Shown here piece after piece: positions 11,761 to 23,373 of a stretch of 64,000 nt of DNA (positions are counted from its first letter, which is position 1; the number at the start of each line of letters is the position of its first letter). The notes beneath the pieces are model-generated. The model searched no databases. It had not been told where the DNA came from and was given only the letters and a program-made list of their open reading frames with translations. The translations under genes and the position numbers were made by a program. Source of the DNA: Vulcanimicrobiota bacterium (GTDB lineage: Bacteria; Vulcanimicrobiota; Vulcanimicrobiia; Vulcanimicrobiales; Vulcanimicrobiaceae); contig OY970223.1 of assembly GCA_963714015.1 (NCBI GenBank), positions 2,336,001 through 2,400,000 of the forward strand. The letters are read 5' to 3'.

Positions 11761-13637
11761 CTCACCTCTGCGCTGCGCGCCCTTCGCAGCGCGTCCACAA
11801 TCGTGGAAAAACGGACGTCATCTTTCATTGATTCGACCGGCAATTGCAGCTTCCGGCGCCAGTTCGGCATCCCGCTCGTAGTTCCGGGGACGTTCACGGG
11901 CACGGCTTGCAGAAGCGCGTCCTCCATTTGCAGCAGCACGACGCCTGCTCGCGTTCGCGCAAGCGTTCGATAAACTGACGAGACGAAATCCAAGTCGGTC
12001 CCCTCCGCTCCGGAATCTTCCAGCAGACTCCGGAGTCGATCGCGGCTGTGCGCGTCCTGCGCATGCCAATACCCAAGAAGCGGCGGAAGATCGTGCGTTC
12101 CGGTGCTGACGACGGCGTCGTGCGGGTACTCCCGAGGATCGCGGAACGCGCCGCCGTCCTCACGTTCGAAGTACAGCAGCCGGCACGAGAAAATTCTGCG
12201 CCGCGCCATGTGCTCGCGAAATCCGGGCGGTACGGTACCCAGATCTTCGCCCACGATCATGCACCGGTTGAGCCGGCTCTCCAGCGTCAGAATGCCGGCT
12301 AAGTCGTCGAGCGGAAAGTCGACATAGGCGCCCTCGGTCGCCGGCGCTCCGGCCGGTATGCAGAACAGGCGGCGCAGGCCCATGACGTGATCGATCCGCA
12401 GCGCACCGGCATGGCGCATGTTGGCGCGGACGACGTCGATGAACGGCCGGTACGCGCGATCGCGAAGCGCATGCGGATTGAATGGCGGCAATCCCCAGCT
12501 TTGCCCTTCCGTATTGAGCTCGTCCGGCGGCGCTCCGGCGGAGATACCCAAACAGAAAGCGCCCTTGTCCGCCCATACGTCGACGCTGTTTGCATCGACG
12601 CCGACGGCCAAATCACGGTAAAGGCCGATTTGCATCCCTTTGGCACAGTCGGCCGCTTTTGCCAATTGGACGTCCGCGAGCCACTGCAGAAAACAGTAAA
12701 AGTCGAGTTCGGCGGCATGGTCGCGGCCGAACTGCAGCGTTTGCGGCGAGTCGGGATTTTGATAAGGCGCCGGCCACTGCAGCCATCCATAAGAGTTGGG
12801 GTCTGCTTCGCGAAAATGCGCGTTCAGCGCTTCGTAAAGCGCCATGCGGCGCAGTGATTCACCTTGCCGGGTTTTGAACGAGGAGAATTGCCGTGCTTGC
12901 CGCGTTCCCGGCTTCCGCTGCAAAAACTCCGCGTGCATACGCGTCAGCGCCCCAATCTTTAACGCCGCGACCGCAGGATAGTCTACGAGCGGTTCTGCGC
13001 GAACGCGCTGCAGATCGGTTTGGGTAACCGCCGGGGGCGTGCACTTAAGCATCGCGGCGGCAGCGCCCACGTCGACGTAGAGCGCGTTGAGATGCAGGCG
13101 GCTGAGCGGAGAATAAGGACTGCAGGCCGCGGGATTAGCCAGGTGCAGTTGGTGCAGCGGATTCAGCCCTACCGCTGCGGCGCCGCTCCGGCGGGCGAGG
13201 GCGGCAAAGCGCGCCAGGCTTCCGAAATCGCCCATTCCCCAATCGCTCGCGGAACGCAGCGAGTAGAGCTGCAGCGTGAAGCCCCATGCGCGCGAGTGCT
13301 CTGCAGCGGCGCAAACGTACGCATTAGGAGGAACGGCGACGATGGTCGCGCTGTTGCCGCCGAACTCGCGCACGTGATAGCCTAGCGCAAAGGTCGCGTT
13401 CTTTCCGGCGAGCATCACACCTGCGCCGGCCGCGACGACGTATACGGGGCCCAACGCACGATCGCGACGGGCGGTAAACTCGTGCAGGGCGAGCGCAGCG
13501 TCGCGATCCGTTTCGGCCTCGAAACCCATTGCCCGCAGGATAGCTATCTTGGTCTCGCGCGAGACCGTTTTGACGCGGCCGAAATAGTCGGTATACGAGG
13601 GGGATATCCCGGCGGCACGCGCGAGCTCCTCAATCAT
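11757..13637 (-). CDS. malQ: 4-alpha-glucanotransferase (GH77)
   Basis: [43 protein letters not shown]; start MIEEL at 13637 overlaps the glgX stop. Confidence 0.92.
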   Translation of the reverse strand: MIEELARAAGISPSYTDYFGRVKTVSRETKIAILRAMGFEAETDRDAALALHEFTARRDRALGPVYVVAAGAGVMLAGKNATFALGYHVREFGGNSATIVAVPPNAYVCAAAEHSRAWGFTLQLYSLRSASDWGMGDFGSLARFAALARRSGAAAVGLNPLHQLHLANPAACSPYSPLSRLHLNALYVDVGAAAAMLKCTPPAVTQTDLQRVRAEPLVDYPAVAALKIGALTRMHAEFLQRKPGTRQARQFSSFKTRQGESLRRMALYEALNAHFREADPNSYGWLQWPAPYQNPDSPQTLQFGRDHAAELDFYCFLQWLADVQLAKAADCAKGMQIGLYRDLAVGVDANSVDVWADKGAFCLGISAGAPPDELNTEGQSWGLPPFNPHALRDRAYRPFIDVVRANMRHAGALRIDHVMGLRRLFCIPAGAPATEGAYVDFPLDDLAGILTLESRLNRCMIVGEDLGTVPPGFREHMARRRIFSCRLLYFEREDGGAFRDPREYPHDAVVSTGTHDLPPLLGYWHAQDAHSRDRLRSLLEDSGAEGTDLDFVSSVYRTLARTRAGVVLLQMEDALLQAVPVNVPGTTSGMPNWRRKLQLPVESMKDDVRFSTIVDALRRARSAEVR

Positions 13638-15778
13638 GCCGAACTCGTGCGCGCCGCCAGCAGCACCAGCGTTCGCCCCGCCATTGCGTACGGCGTTCCG
13701 ATCTCGAATTGCGTACCGGGAGCGAGCCCTACGGGGCGCCGCGTTTCGAAAACGAGCTCCCAGCGGTCGAACGCGCCCGCCTTCGGAAGCGTAAAGTCGA
13801 CGGCGCCCTCGAATGCGTTCATCAGGATCAGAAACGTATCGTCGTATTCGGGATAGCCGCTCAAACTGACGAACCGATCGCCGGTTTCTCCCCCGAGCAG
13901 CGCGCCGAAACAACGGCGGCCGGATTCGCCCCATGCGCTCGGGGTGAGCTCGCCGCCGGCCGGATCGATCCAGCTGATGTCGCGCAGTCCTTCGTGGCGC
14001 GTCACTTGGCCGTGGAAGAAGTTCGTGCGCCGGAAGACGGGATGGGCACGCCGCATCGCGATCAGCTTGCGGGTAAAATCCAGCAGGTCCACGTCGTGTT
14101 CGTGAATCGACGTCCAAGAAATCCAGCCGGTGTCGTTGTCTTGACAATACGCGTTGTTGTTTCCCGACTGGGTATGCGCCAGCTCGTCGCCGCTCAGGAG
14201 CATCGGCGTGCCCTGAGAGAGCAGCAGCGTGGCCAGCAAATTGCGCTTCTGTTGCGATCGCAAATGCAGAACCGCGGGATCGCCGGCCGGTCCTTCCACA
14301 CCGCAGTTCCAGCTGTAGTTCTGATCCGTGCCGTCGCGATTGCCTTCTTGGTTCGGTTCGTTGTGCTTGCGCTCGTAGCTGACGAGATCTTCCAGCGTAA
14401 AGCCGTCGTGCGCGGTGACGAAGTTGATGCTCGCGCGCGGCCGCCGGCCGTTCTTTTCGAAAATGTCGCTCGAGCCCGTCAGCCGGGATGCCATCTCCGG
14501 AATCACTCCGTCGTTGCCTTGCCAAAACCGGCGTACCGTATCGCGGTACTTGTCGTTCCATTCCGACCAGCCCGGCGGAAAATTTCCGAGCTGGTAGCCG
14601 CTGGGGGTCAAATCCCACGGCTCCGCGATCAGCTTCACGCGTGAGAGGACGGGATCTTGCTGCAGCGATGTGACGAAGATGCTCGACCACCAGTCGAATT
14701 CGAAGTCGCGCCGGGCAACGGCCGGCGCAAGATCGAATCGGAAGCCGTCCACGTGCATCTCCGTCACCCAATACCGCAGCGAGTCCGTTACCATCTGCAT
14801 GATGCGAGGATGCTTCAAGTTGAGCGTGTTTCCGCAGCCCGTATAGTCGACGTAGTAGCGCGGATCGTCCGAGAGCCGGTAGTATGACTTGTTGTCGATA
14901 CCCCGAAAACTCAGCGTCGGCCCCAGATGATTCCCCTCGGCGGTGTGATTGTAGACGACGTCGAGAAAGACTTCGATTCCGGCTTCGTGCAGCCGGCGCA
15001 CCATCGTTTTGAACTCGCCCAGCGAGGTGCCGCGCATGTACCGGGCGTCCGGAGCAAAGAAGCCGATGCTGTTGTATCCCCAGTAGTTGCGCAGCTTGCG
15101 CTCGACCAAATAGCGATCGTCGACGAAGGCGTGCACCGGCAGCAGCTCGACCGCGCTGATCCCGAGCTGCACCAAGTGCTCGATGACGGCAGGAGCGCTG
15201 ACGCCCTCGAACGTTCCGCGTGCTTCCGGCGGCACGAGCGGATGCTTCATCGTAAATCCTCGAACGTGCAGCTCGTAGATGATGGTGTTCGGCCAGCGCG
15301 TATGCAGCAGCCGGTCGTTACCCCATGTGAACGCGGTATCGACGACGACGCACTTGGGCATCGCGGCAGCGTTGTCGCGCCGGTCGAAGGAGAGATCCGC
15401 GCGCGGCGATCCGACGCGGTAACCGAAATTCGCATCGCTCCATCGCACGGCGCCCTGGAGACGCTTCGCGTACGGATCGAGCAGCAGTTTGTGATGGTTG
15501 AAACGGTGACCGTGCTCCGGATCGTATGGCCCGTAGACGCGATATCCGTAAAGCATCCCCGGTTCTGCTTCGGGAAGATAGCAGTGCCAGACTTGATCGG
15601 TGTATTCGGGCAGCGTCACGCGCCGCAGCTCGCGGTTTCCGCGTGGATCGAAGATGCACAGATCGACCTTCTCCGCGTGCTCGGAAAACAGCGCGAAATT
15701 GACGCCGCGGCCGTCCCAGGTGGCGCCCAGCGGATACGGCCGTCCAGGAAGAACGGCCGCGCGAACCAGGGGTCTCAT
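13634..15778 (-). CDS. glgX: Glycogen debranching enzyme
   Basis: PYPLGATWDG, NYWGYNSIGFF, DVVYNHTAEG, DGFRFDLA, IAEPWD, NNNAYCQDN. Confidence 0.96.
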   Translation of the reverse strand: MRPLVRAAVLPGRPYPLGATWDGRGVNFALFSEHAEKVDLCIFDPRGNRELRRVTLPEYTDQVWHCYLPEAEPGMLYGYRVYGPYDPEHGHRFNHHKLLLDPYAKRLQGAVRWSDANFGYRVGSPRADLSFDRRDNAAAMPKCVVVDTAFTWGNDRLLHTRWPNTIIYELHVRGFTMKHPLVPPEARGTFEGVSAPAVIEHLVQLGISAVELLPVHAFVDDRYLVERKLRNYWGYNSIGFFAPDARYMRGTSLGEFKTMVRRLHEAGIEVFLDVVYNHTAEGNHLGPTLSFRGIDNKSYYRLSDDPRYYVDYTGCGNTLNLKHPRIMQMVTDSLRYWVTEMHVDGFRFDLAPAVARRDFEFDWWSSIFVTSLQQDPVLSRVKLIAEPWDLTPSGYQLGNFPPGWSEWNDKYRDTVRRFWQGNDGVIPEMASRLTGSSDIFEKNGRRPRASINFVTAHDGFTLEDLVSYERKHNEPNQEGNRDGTDQNYSWNCGVEGPAGDPAVLHLRSQQKRNLLATLLLSQGTPMLLSGDELAHTQSGNNNAYCQDNDTGWISWTSIHEHDVDLLDFTRKLIAMRRAHPVFRRTNFFHGQVTRHEGLRDISWIDPAGGELTPSAWGESGRRCFGALLGGETGDRFVSLSGYPEYDDTFLILMNAFEGAVDFTLPKAGAFDRWELVFETRRPVGLAPGTQFEIGTPYAMAGRTLVLLAARTSSA

Positions 15779-15785
15779 TTGCGAG

Positions 15786-17669
15786 CTATTCGGGAACCAG
15801 AAGCAGCGCGCCGAGCGGCGGCAACGTGAGAACCACCGATTGGTCCCGGCCGTCCCACGGCACGCGCTCGACGGCAATCGCACCCGGGTTGGTCACTCCC
15901 GATCCGCCGTAAGCGGCGGCGTCGGAGTTCAACACTTCGCGATACGCGCGCGCATGCGGCACGCCGATCCGGAATCCACCGCGGACGACCGGCGTGAAGT
16001 TGCAGATCGCTACCGCCGACCGGCCTTGCGAACTCCAGCGCGCGAAAGCGATGACGCCCGCGCCGGCATCCTGCGCGAGCCATTCGAAGCCCTCGGACAC
16101 CGCGTCGCGTTGATACAACGCCGGCGTACTGCGATAGAGCGCGTTCAGGTCCGCGATCAGCCGCTGCACCCCTGCGTGCAGCGGATCGTCGAGCAAATGC
16201 CAGTCCAGACTCCGTTCGTGACTCCACTCGCCCTCTTGAGCGAACTCGTTGCCCATAAAGAGCAGTTTCTTGCCCGGATGGGCGTACATATAGGCGTAGA
16301 GCAGGCGAACGTTCGCGAAACGCTGCCAGCGATCGCCGGGCATCCGCGCCAGGATCGATCCCTTGCCGTGAACGACCTCATCGTGGGAAAGCGGCAGCAC
16401 GTAGTTTTCGCTGAACGCGTACAGCAGCGAGAACGTCAGCCGGTCGTGGTGGTACTTCCGATGCACCGGATCGCGGCTCATGTATTCGAGCGTATCGTGC
16501 ATCCAGCCCATGTTCCATTTGTAGCCGAAGCCAAGACCGCCCCCGTACGTCGGAGCGGAGACTTTCGGCCACGCGGTCGACTCCTCGGCTACGGTGAACG
16601 CGTCCGGATGCGCTCCATAGACCGACTCGTTCATGCTGCGCAGAAACGCAATCGCTTCCAGATTCTCCCGGCCGCCGTAACGGTTGGGAACCCACTCGCC
16701 CGAGTGCCGGCTATAATCCAAGTACAGCATCGAGGCCACCGCATCGACGCGAAGTCCGTCCACGCCGTACTCGCCTATCCAAAAGAGCGCGTTGGAGATG
16801 AGATAATTCGCGACCTCGCGACGGCCTAAATTGTAGACGCAAGTGTTCCAGTCCGGGTGCCAGCCTTGGCGCGGATCGGCATGTTCGTAGAGATGCGTTC
16901 CGTCGAAAAGCGTAAGGCCGTGCTCGTCGTTCGGAAAATGTCCCGCGACCCAATCGAGAAGCACGCCGATACCGTGCTCGTGCGCCGCGCGAACGAATCG
17001 ATAGAAATCGTCGGGCGTTCCGTACCGGCTCGTGGGTGCGAAGAGTCCGATGGGCTGATAGCCCCAGGAACCGTCGAACGGATACTCCGAGACCGGAAGC
17101 AGCTCGACGTGCGTGAACCCCATTTGCTTGACGTAAGGTATCAGTTCGTCCGCAAGTTCGCGGTACGTCAAAAACCTGTTGCCTTCTTCGGGCCGGCGCT
17201 TCCACGATCCCAAATGCACCTCGTAGATCGTCATGGGCGACTCGCGATCGTTCGGAACGCCGGCGCGGGCCGGCGTGCCGTATCGTCGCGACGGCAGTGT
17301 GGCGACAATCGAAGCCGTTGCGGGACGCAGCTCCGCGGCAAACCCGTACGGATCCGCTTTGAAAGGCAGCGGCGTTCCGGCCGCGTCCCGCACCGCAAAT
17401 TTGTAACGCTGCCCTTCCTGCGCGCGCGGAACGAAGCGCTCCCAGACTCCGCAATCCCAGCGCTTGTCCATCGGATCGGCGCTATCGTTCCAACCGTTGA
17501 AGTCGCCGACGACGCTTACTGCCGCCGCGTCCGGCGCCCATACCGCAAAGCCCGTGCCGGCGACGCCGTCCCGCTCCATCGGATGTGCGCCGAGTTTGAA
17601 ATAAGCTTGCCGGTGCGTGCCTTCGGCAAGTAAATGGGCATCCAACTCTCCCAGAATCCGGGCCGGCAT
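15786..17669 (-). CDS. glgB: 1,4-alpha-glucan branching enzyme
   Basis: [45 protein letters not shown]. Confidence 0.96.
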   Translation of the reverse strand: MPARILGELDAHLLAEGTHRQAYFKLGAHPMERDGVAGTGFAVWAPDAAAVSVVGDFNGWNDSADPMDKRWDCGVWERFVPRAQEGQRYKFAVRDAAGTPLPFKADPYGFAAELRPATASIVATLPSRRYGTPARAGVPNDRESPMTIYEVHLGSWKRRPEEGNRFLTYRELADELIPYVKQMGFTHVELLPVSEYPFDGSWGYQPIGLFAPTSRYGTPDDFYRFVRAAHEHGIGVLLDWVAGHFPNDEHGLTLFDGTHLYEHADPRQGWHPDWNTCVYNLGRREVANYLISNALFWIGEYGVDGLRVDAVASMLYLDYSRHSGEWVPNRYGGRENLEAIAFLRSMNESVYGAHPDAFTVAEESTAWPKVSAPTYGGGLGFGYKWNMGWMHDTLEYMSRDPVHRKYHHDRLTFSLLYAFSENYVLPLSHDEVVHGKGSILARMPGDRWQRFANVRLLYAYMYAHPGKKLLFMGNEFAQEGEWSHERSLDWHLLDDPLHAGVQRLIADLNALYRSTPALYQRDAVSEGFEWLAQDAGAGVIAFARWSSQGRSAVAICNFTPVVRGGFRIGVPHARAYREVLNSDAAAYGGSGVTNPGAIAVERVPWDGRDQSVVLTLPPLGALLLVPE

Positions 17670-17676
17670 GCAGCGG

Positions 17677-19394
17677 CTATTCCCCGAAGGACCAGCGGAC
17701 ACTCCAAGCCGGAGCGGTCTGCGCATCGAAGCCCGGCGTTGCGAAGATTCGATCGCCTTCCGGTTGCGAAAAACCGTCCTGCGGACGCTCGCCCAGATTC
17801 GTCTCGAGTCGCAGACGGATGCCGCCGGGCAAATTCCACCACGCCGCTAGTCCGGCAGCGCCGACGAGTTCGAAGCTTCCCACATCGTTTGCAAGGGGAA
17901 GGAGCGGCTCGATGCGATTGCGGCGTATCCGCAGCAGCTCGCGATAGAACTGCAGTGAGGAAGCATGCGGTTCCAGCGCGCGTTCTTCCCAGCGCAGCTT
18001 GCTTCTTTCGAATGTCCGAGCAGCACCCGCAGCGGGAATCGGAGGAGCTTTAGCGTTTTGAAACTGCGCCAAGCCCGCGAACTCACTGCGTCGCCCTTGG
18101 GTGACGCGTTTGGCGAGATTGGGTTCGAAATCGCAAAAGAACAGAAACGGCGTCGATGCGTCCCATTCCTCCCCCATGAAAAGCAGCGGTACGGGCGGTG
18201 CTAACATCAGCGCGGCAATCCCGGCACGCACAGCCGGCTGCGGCGCGAGACGACCAATGCGTTCTCCGAACGGCCGGTTGCCGATTTGATCGTGGTTCTG
18301 CAGATACTCGACGCGCAGCGTCCCATTGGAGGTAAGGGCTTTGCCGAGGCGTTCGATCGGCGAATCGAGGAACGCTCCGAAGTAGTCGCCGCGCTCGCCC
18401 GTAATCGACACGTGAAGCGAGTGGTGCGCATCGTCGCTCCAGCGTCCGTCGAACGGCTGCAAGCGTTCCCCAGAGAGTTCATTCTTCACGTCCTCGGCGA
18501 CGAGGTGAACACGCCGCCCGGCCGATTCCCGGGCCCGCCGGCAGATTTCGTCCACCACATGCCGCTCGCGTGAGTCCGAGATCATCGGCACGGCATCGAG
18601 CCGGAGTCCGTCGAAGCCGTATTCGACCAGCCAATAACAGGCGTTGTCGATCGCGTATGCGCGAACGGGATCGTTGCCGGCCGAGCTGTAGTCGATGCCG
18701 GCGCCCCATGGCGTGCGCAATGCGCTCGCTGAAGAACTGGGGCGCGTAGCGCGTCAAATAATTGCCTTCGGGGCCGAAATGGTTGTACACGACGTCCAGC
18801 AGCACCGTCAGACCGTGAGCGTGCGCCTGGACGACGAAACGTTTGAGATCTTCCGGACGGCCGTAGCGATGATTGGGTGCGTAATGCAGAACGCCGTCGT
18901 ATCCCCAATTACGATCTCCGGGCGCTTGCGAGAGCGGCATCAACTCGATCGTCGTCACACCCAGCTCGGCAATTTCTGCTAAGTGAAGGGCAGGCTGCTG
19001 CGTACGTTCCTTGCGGCGTGAATGCACCGACGTGCAACTCGTAGACGACCGAACGCGGAAACTCCGCCGCAACGAACTCATCTTCAGGCCATTCGAAAGC
19101 GTACGGGTCCACCACTTCGCCGGCGCGCTCCGGGCCTTCGGGTTGAAAGCGCGAGGCGGGATCCGCCACGCGAAGTTCACCGTCTATTTCGTACAGATAG
19201 CGGCTGCCGGCACGGGCCGACTTCTCCAGTACTTCGTGCCAGCCGGCGTCCGCCGCCGGGGTCATCGGGACGACGCGTTCGCCGGCATCGAAGAGAACGA
19301 CGGCGACACTGCGCGCCGCCGGAGCCCAAAGGCGAAATCGAACGCCGTCTTCACATACGTGGGCGCCCCACGCCGCCTGATATCCGCGTCGCAT
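17677..19394 (-). CDS. treZ: Malto-oligosyltrehalose trehalohydrolase (frameshifts ~18990 and ~18720)
   Basis: Three consecutive frames give [10 protein letters not shown] and [16 protein letters not shown] and [31 protein letters not shown] and LLFMGEEW. Confidence 0.88.
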
Positions 19395-19449
19395 CCGCTG
19401 GCAGATACGAACCCCTCCGCGTGCGGCCCTTCGGCAATCGCCGCAAATG

Positions 19450-19478
19450 AAAAGAGAGCCGGCGGCGGCTCTCTTTCT
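19450..19478 (-). terminator. Intrinsic terminator after the 94-aa gene
   Basis: AAAGAGAGCCG-GCGG-CGGCTCTCTTT hairpin with T-rich flanks. Confidence 0.75.
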
Positions 19479-19497
19479 TAGTTCGGATGCGGGCTCG

Positions 19498-19782
19498 CTA
19501 CTGAACCTTGAAGACGGCGACCAAACCCTTGATGAGCGAAAGTTTGATGTTGTCGTTCGGTTTGGCTTTGCTGAAGTCGACGTTCGCGCGATCCGTCGTA
19601 AGCGTCGTCTCCATCCCGTTGTCCATTTTGACGAGCATGTGCTTACCGTCGACGATCTTCTCGACCACGGCGGTGTAGGTTCCGTCCGGAATCAGGGACG
19701 CATCTACAGTATTGCCGGCATGCGCCGCTACCGGAAAGGCGACGGAGGCAATCAGGGCCAGTAAGCTCAGCGGTTTTAGCAC
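19498..19782 (-). CDS. Small exported hypothetical protein (beta-rich, possible OB fold)
   Basis: Signal peptide ending AHA, GGAG RBS, followed by a terminator. Confidence 0.75.
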   Translation of the reverse strand: MLKPLSLLALIASVAFPVAAHAGNTVDASLIPDGTYTAVVEKIVDGKHMLVKMDNGMETTLTTDRANVDFSKAKPNDNIKLSLIKGLVAVFKVQ

Positions 19783-19851
19783 GGTAACTCCATATTTGCA
19801 ATAACGTTGAGAAAGGTAGGTCGTTTCGAAGGCACAGTGCCCGGTCCTAGC

Positions 19852-21918
19852 CTAGGATGATAGCGCAAGTGATCCCTGGTCCTCTAGAGCCGAATGGCCG
19901 TTTTTCGAATTGAGCGCGGTCCCCTGGACTTGGAACTGTCCGACGAGCCCATTCAGCTCGGATGCTTGCTCCAGCACTTCACCGGCTTGGCCGGCAACGT
20001 CGGTCACGGCATCCGAATTGGCGCGTCCCAAGTCCGAAGTGTGGCCGATGGTTTGTCCCAGGGACTCGACCGCTATCTGCTGCTCCTGGCTCGCCATGGC
20101 GACCTGGCCGGTTCGGCGCTCGATCTCCGAAACGCTTTCCAGTATCTGGTTGGAGGTAATGGCTTGCTCGCGCATGGTCGCCGCTGCCTCGTGCGTCATA
20201 GCGCCCATCTGCTCGCTGGCCTTAGCAAGCTCTTCGGAAGCGCGCGCCTGCTCGGTGGTCGCAATGCTGATCTCGCTGACGAGTTGCGCCATCTCGGTGA
20301 CGCGCCCGCTGATGGTCTCGATCATTTCGGTGACGGAGCGGGCAGACACCGCATTGTCCTGCACCAAATTATTCGCTCGCGCCGTGCGCTCGAGCACCGC
20401 GGTCGTGCGGCGCTGAATATCCGCAACCAGGGTTCCGATTTGCTTGGTCGAGCTGGCAGAGTTCTCGGCTAGTTTCCGAACCTCGTCCGCCACGACGGCA
20501 AAGCCGCGGCCGTGCTCGCCCGCGCGCGCCGCTTCGATTGCGGCGTTGAGCGCCAGAAGATTCGTCTGGTCGGCAATTTCTTCGATCAATCCCAAAATTT
20601 CGCCGATTTGACGCGATGCTTGGTCCAAGCTTTGCATCTCGGTTACGACGTCGGCGACCGTGTCGCTGATGCTGGACATACCTTTGGAGAGCTGCGCCAC
20701 TTCGTTGCGGCCCTCACGCACGCGCTGATCGGTATTCGTCGACTCTTGACGCACCCGTTCGGCGTTGCCGGCGACTTGCACGATCGACGCGGACATCTCT
20801 TGAGTGTTCGTAACGGCCTGCTCTACGACGGTAGCCAGATTGAGCAGGTTCTGATCCATTTCTTGAATCGACGCGGTCATCTCCGCAACTGCGCTGGAGA
20901 TGTCGGTGACGCGTCGTGCGACCTGTTCGGCGTTGTCGGCGACGGTGCCGGCCGTGGCGCGCACGGATGTCGAAAATTCCGCCGCTCTGCCTAGGGCCAT
21001 GAGTTCTTCGTTGACGCGCGCAGCGACTTGGCGAGCCGTGTCGTTCGTGTGCGAACTTGCGCTTTGCACGGTCGTGACGGCGTGCTGAATCGTTGCAATG
21101 ATCGTCGAGAGCCGGCCTCCGAGCTGATCCACCGCTTGACCCAAGCGTCCGAGCAGGTCTTTGCCTTGATATCCGACGCGGGCGGTGAGATCGCCGCGTC
21201 CCATTGCTTCGAAAACCTCGAGGCAACGCTCGAGCCCTTGCCGCATCGCCCGGCGGAACCATCCCATCGCGAAGAACGCGATGAGGCAGGCGACGAGCGC
21301 GCCGGTAATCAGCACGAGCAGGGCAAAATTGCGCGCGCCCATAAGTGCGTTGAACCGGGCGTCCGAACTGTTGCGCAGCGCGTTTAGAACGGCTTCGCCA
21401 TCGGCGCTTTGCTGCGCGTATGACGTAGAAGCGGAACCTTGTATCTGCTTGAGCGCATCTGCTTTTTTACCTTGCGAGAGCAATCCGACCGCAGCCAGCG
21501 CCTGAAAATCGTAGTCGTCGACGCTGCCTTGGGCGTTCGTTTTGTCGTCGTGCAGGCCGACGAATTTCTGAACCAGCGGGCGAACCGCGAGGTCGGATCC
21601 GGTCAGTTTGCCCATTGCGCGAGAATCGTCGGGGAATTGCGCAACGAGCGTCTTTGCTTTTGCAAGTGCGTCGGCCGCTTTTGCGGAGTCGGGGTTCGTC
21701 GCCGCGTCAATCGTCGCAGCCCGCAGCGAATCGGCGTCGGCAGCGACCTTCACGTAAGCCAGTTCGCCGCGAATGATCGTGTCGTGCAGAACTTGAGCTT
21801 GCTGCGTGATTCCGTTCATCGCAAAGAGCGCGAGCGGAATCATCGCTATCACCACGAGAATGACCAGCGCAAAAGCCGACGTGAGGCCTCGTTCAAGGCT
21901 CGTACGATGTGCGTCCAT
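19852..21918 (-). CDS. Methyl-accepting chemotaxis protein
   Basis: Two TMs, [42 protein letters not shown]. Confidence 0.96.
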   Translation of the reverse strand: MDAHRTSLERGLTSAFALVILVVIAMIPLALFAMNGITQQAQVLHDTIIRGELAYVKVAADADSLRAATIDAATNPDSAKAADALAKAKTLVAQFPDDSRAMGKLTGSDLAVRPLVQKFVGLHDDKTNAQGSVDDYDFQALAAVGLLSQGKKADALKQIQGSASTSYAQQSADGEAVLNALRNSSDARFNALMGARNFALLVLITGALVACLIAFFAMGWFRRAMRQGLERCLEVFEAMGRGDLTARVGYQGKDLLGRLGQAVDQLGGRLSTIIATIQHAVTTVQSASSHTNDTARQVAARVNEELMALGRAAEFSTSVRATAGTVADNAEQVARRVTDISSAVAEMTASIQEMDQNLLNLATVVEQAVTNTQEMSASIVQVAGNAERVRQESTNTDQRVREGRNEVAQLSKGMSSISDTVADVVTEMQSLDQASRQIGEILGLIEEIADQTNLLALNAAIEAARAGEHGRGFAVVADEVRKLAENSASSTKQIGTLVADIQRRTTAVLERTARANNLVQDNAVSARSVTEMIETISGRVTEMAQLVSEISIATTEQARASEELAKASEQMGAMTHEAAATMREQAITSNQILESVSEIERRTGQVAMASQEQQIAVESLGQTIGHTSDLGRANSDAVTDVAGQAGEVLEQASELNGLVGQFQVQGTALNSKNGHSALEDQGSLALSS

Positions 21919-21928
21919 ATCGTGTTGG

Positions 21929-21956
21929 TTGTCGGCCGTCCGGCTCGAAAAGGTTA
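21929..21956 (-). promoter_or_regulatory. Sigma-28-type promoter of the MCP
   Basis: TAAC-N16-GCCGACAA, 10 nt before the ATG; MCP genes are classic FliA/SigD targets. Confidence 0.55.
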
Positions 21957-22024
21957 ATAGTCACAGGTTACTCGCAAGGAGACCGCAGGCCGCCGCGTCA
22001 ACCCTCTTCGGAACTCCGGCCGAC

Positions 22025-22072
22025 CCGCTATAAGTAGTAGGGTTTTCGATAGTGAGGCCCAATATATTGGGT
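22025..22072 (+). promoter_or_regulatory. Tandem NrdR-box-like operators upstream of ftsA
   Basis: CCGCTATAAGTAGTAG (22025-22040) and GCCCAATATATTGGGT (22057-22072), starts 32 bp apart; consensus acaCwAtATaTwGtgt. Confidence 0.55.
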
Positions 22073-22129
22073 TTGAACGGCTAGCGGGCGGACCGGCGGC
22101 GACTTCTCTTCGGGGGCTATTCAAGACGC

Positions 22130-23344
22130 ATGAAGCACGAGACCGTGGCGGGGCTCGACATCGGTACCACCAAGACGTGCGCGGTGGTGGCCGCTGACGG
22201 TCCGAGCGGTCTCGAAATCATCGGATACGGCGAAGCGCCGTCGCTCGGCATGCGCAAGGGGGTCGTCACGGATCTCGACGAGACGATCAGGTCCATCGAA
22301 GCGGCGACCGAGAAGGCGGAGCGCATGGCGGGTGTACACATACAGGACGTCTTTGTCGCGATCACCGGCGAGCACATCCGCAGCACCAACAATCGCGCCG
22401 TCGTTGCGGTGCAAAGCGAGGATCGCGAAGTCGGCATCGGCGACGTGCGCCGCGTCGTCGACGCGAGCAAGATCATCAATCTGCCTGCGGATCGACAAAT
22501 CATACACGCGCTGCCGCGTTACTTCACCGTCGACGGTCAGGACGGCGTCGAGGACCCGGTCGGCATGGCGGGCGGGCGCCTCGAAGTGGATACCCACATC
22601 ATCACGGGCGGATCGTCCTTCATCACCAACGTCCTCAAGTGCGTGCATCGCGCAGGACTCGAAAGCGCCGGTTTGGTTTTCGAACCGCTGGCAAGCTCCG
22701 CCGCGACGCTTCTGGCGGAAGAGAAGCAGGTCGGAGTCGTATTGCTCGACATCGGCGGCGGCACCACGGACATTGCCGTTTACTCCGGAGGGGGCGCGAT
22801 TTACACCTCGACGATCCCGGTCGGAGGCAACATTCTCACCAACGACATTTCCCTCGGGCTCAAGACGACGAGTGCCGAAGCGGAGCAAATAAAGCGCGCT
22901 TACGGAGCGGGCCGCGACGGTTCGCCGGAGCAGATCTTTCCGGTGAAGACGCTGGACGGCCGAGCTACGAAGGACGCTACGACGGCGCAGCTGCGCCAAA
23001 TCGTGCTGCCTCGCGTCGTAGAGACGTTCCGGATGGCCAAGGGCAAGATCATCGAAAACGTTCCGCGGGATCTGGTGCTCGGAGAAGTCGTCATCACCGG
23101 CGGCGGCGCGCATTTGATCGGCATCGAAGCGATCGCGGAAGAAGTCTTCGGTTTGCCGATTCGGGTCGGATCGCCGAGCGCCGTTGCCGGATTGACCGAC
23201 GCCCTCAAGCAGCCCGAGTACGCGACGGCAATCGGACTCATCTTATTCGGACCGAACGGCGGTCTGGACAACCATCAGTACATCAAAAGAAGCCCCTCGG
23301 TTTTTGCCAAGGTTCGCTCGTGGCTGGGCGATCTGTGGAACTGA
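22130..23344 (+). CDS. ftsA: Cell division protein FtsA
   Basis: [31 protein letters not shown]. Confidence 0.97.
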   Translation: MKHETVAGLDIGTTKTCAVVAADGPSGLEIIGYGEAPSLGMRKGVVTDLDETIRSIEAATEKAERMAGVHIQDVFVAITGEHIRSTNNRAVVAVQSEDREVGIGDVRRVVDASKIINLPADRQIIHALPRYFTVDGQDGVEDPVGMAGGRLEVDTHIITGGSSFITNVLKCVHRAGLESAGLVFEPLASSAATLLAEEKQVGVVLLDIGGGTTDIAVYSGGGAIYTSTIPVGGNILTNDISLGLKTTSAEAEQIKRAYGAGRDGSPEQIFPVKTLDGRATKDATTAQLRQIVLPRVVETFRMAKGKIIENVPRDLVLGEVVITGGGAHLIGIEAIAEEVFGLPIRVGSPSAVAGLTDALKQPEYATAIGLILFGPNGGLDNHQYIKRSPSVFAKVRSWLGDLWN

Positions 23345-23373
23345 TACCACTCTTTACGGAGGAATCTCTGACA

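Noticed and set aside
11757..14771. 1004-aa ORF as a novel MalQ fusion
   Set aside because: The extension is an alternative frame inside glgX; the real start is the ATG at 13637 overlapping the glgX stop.
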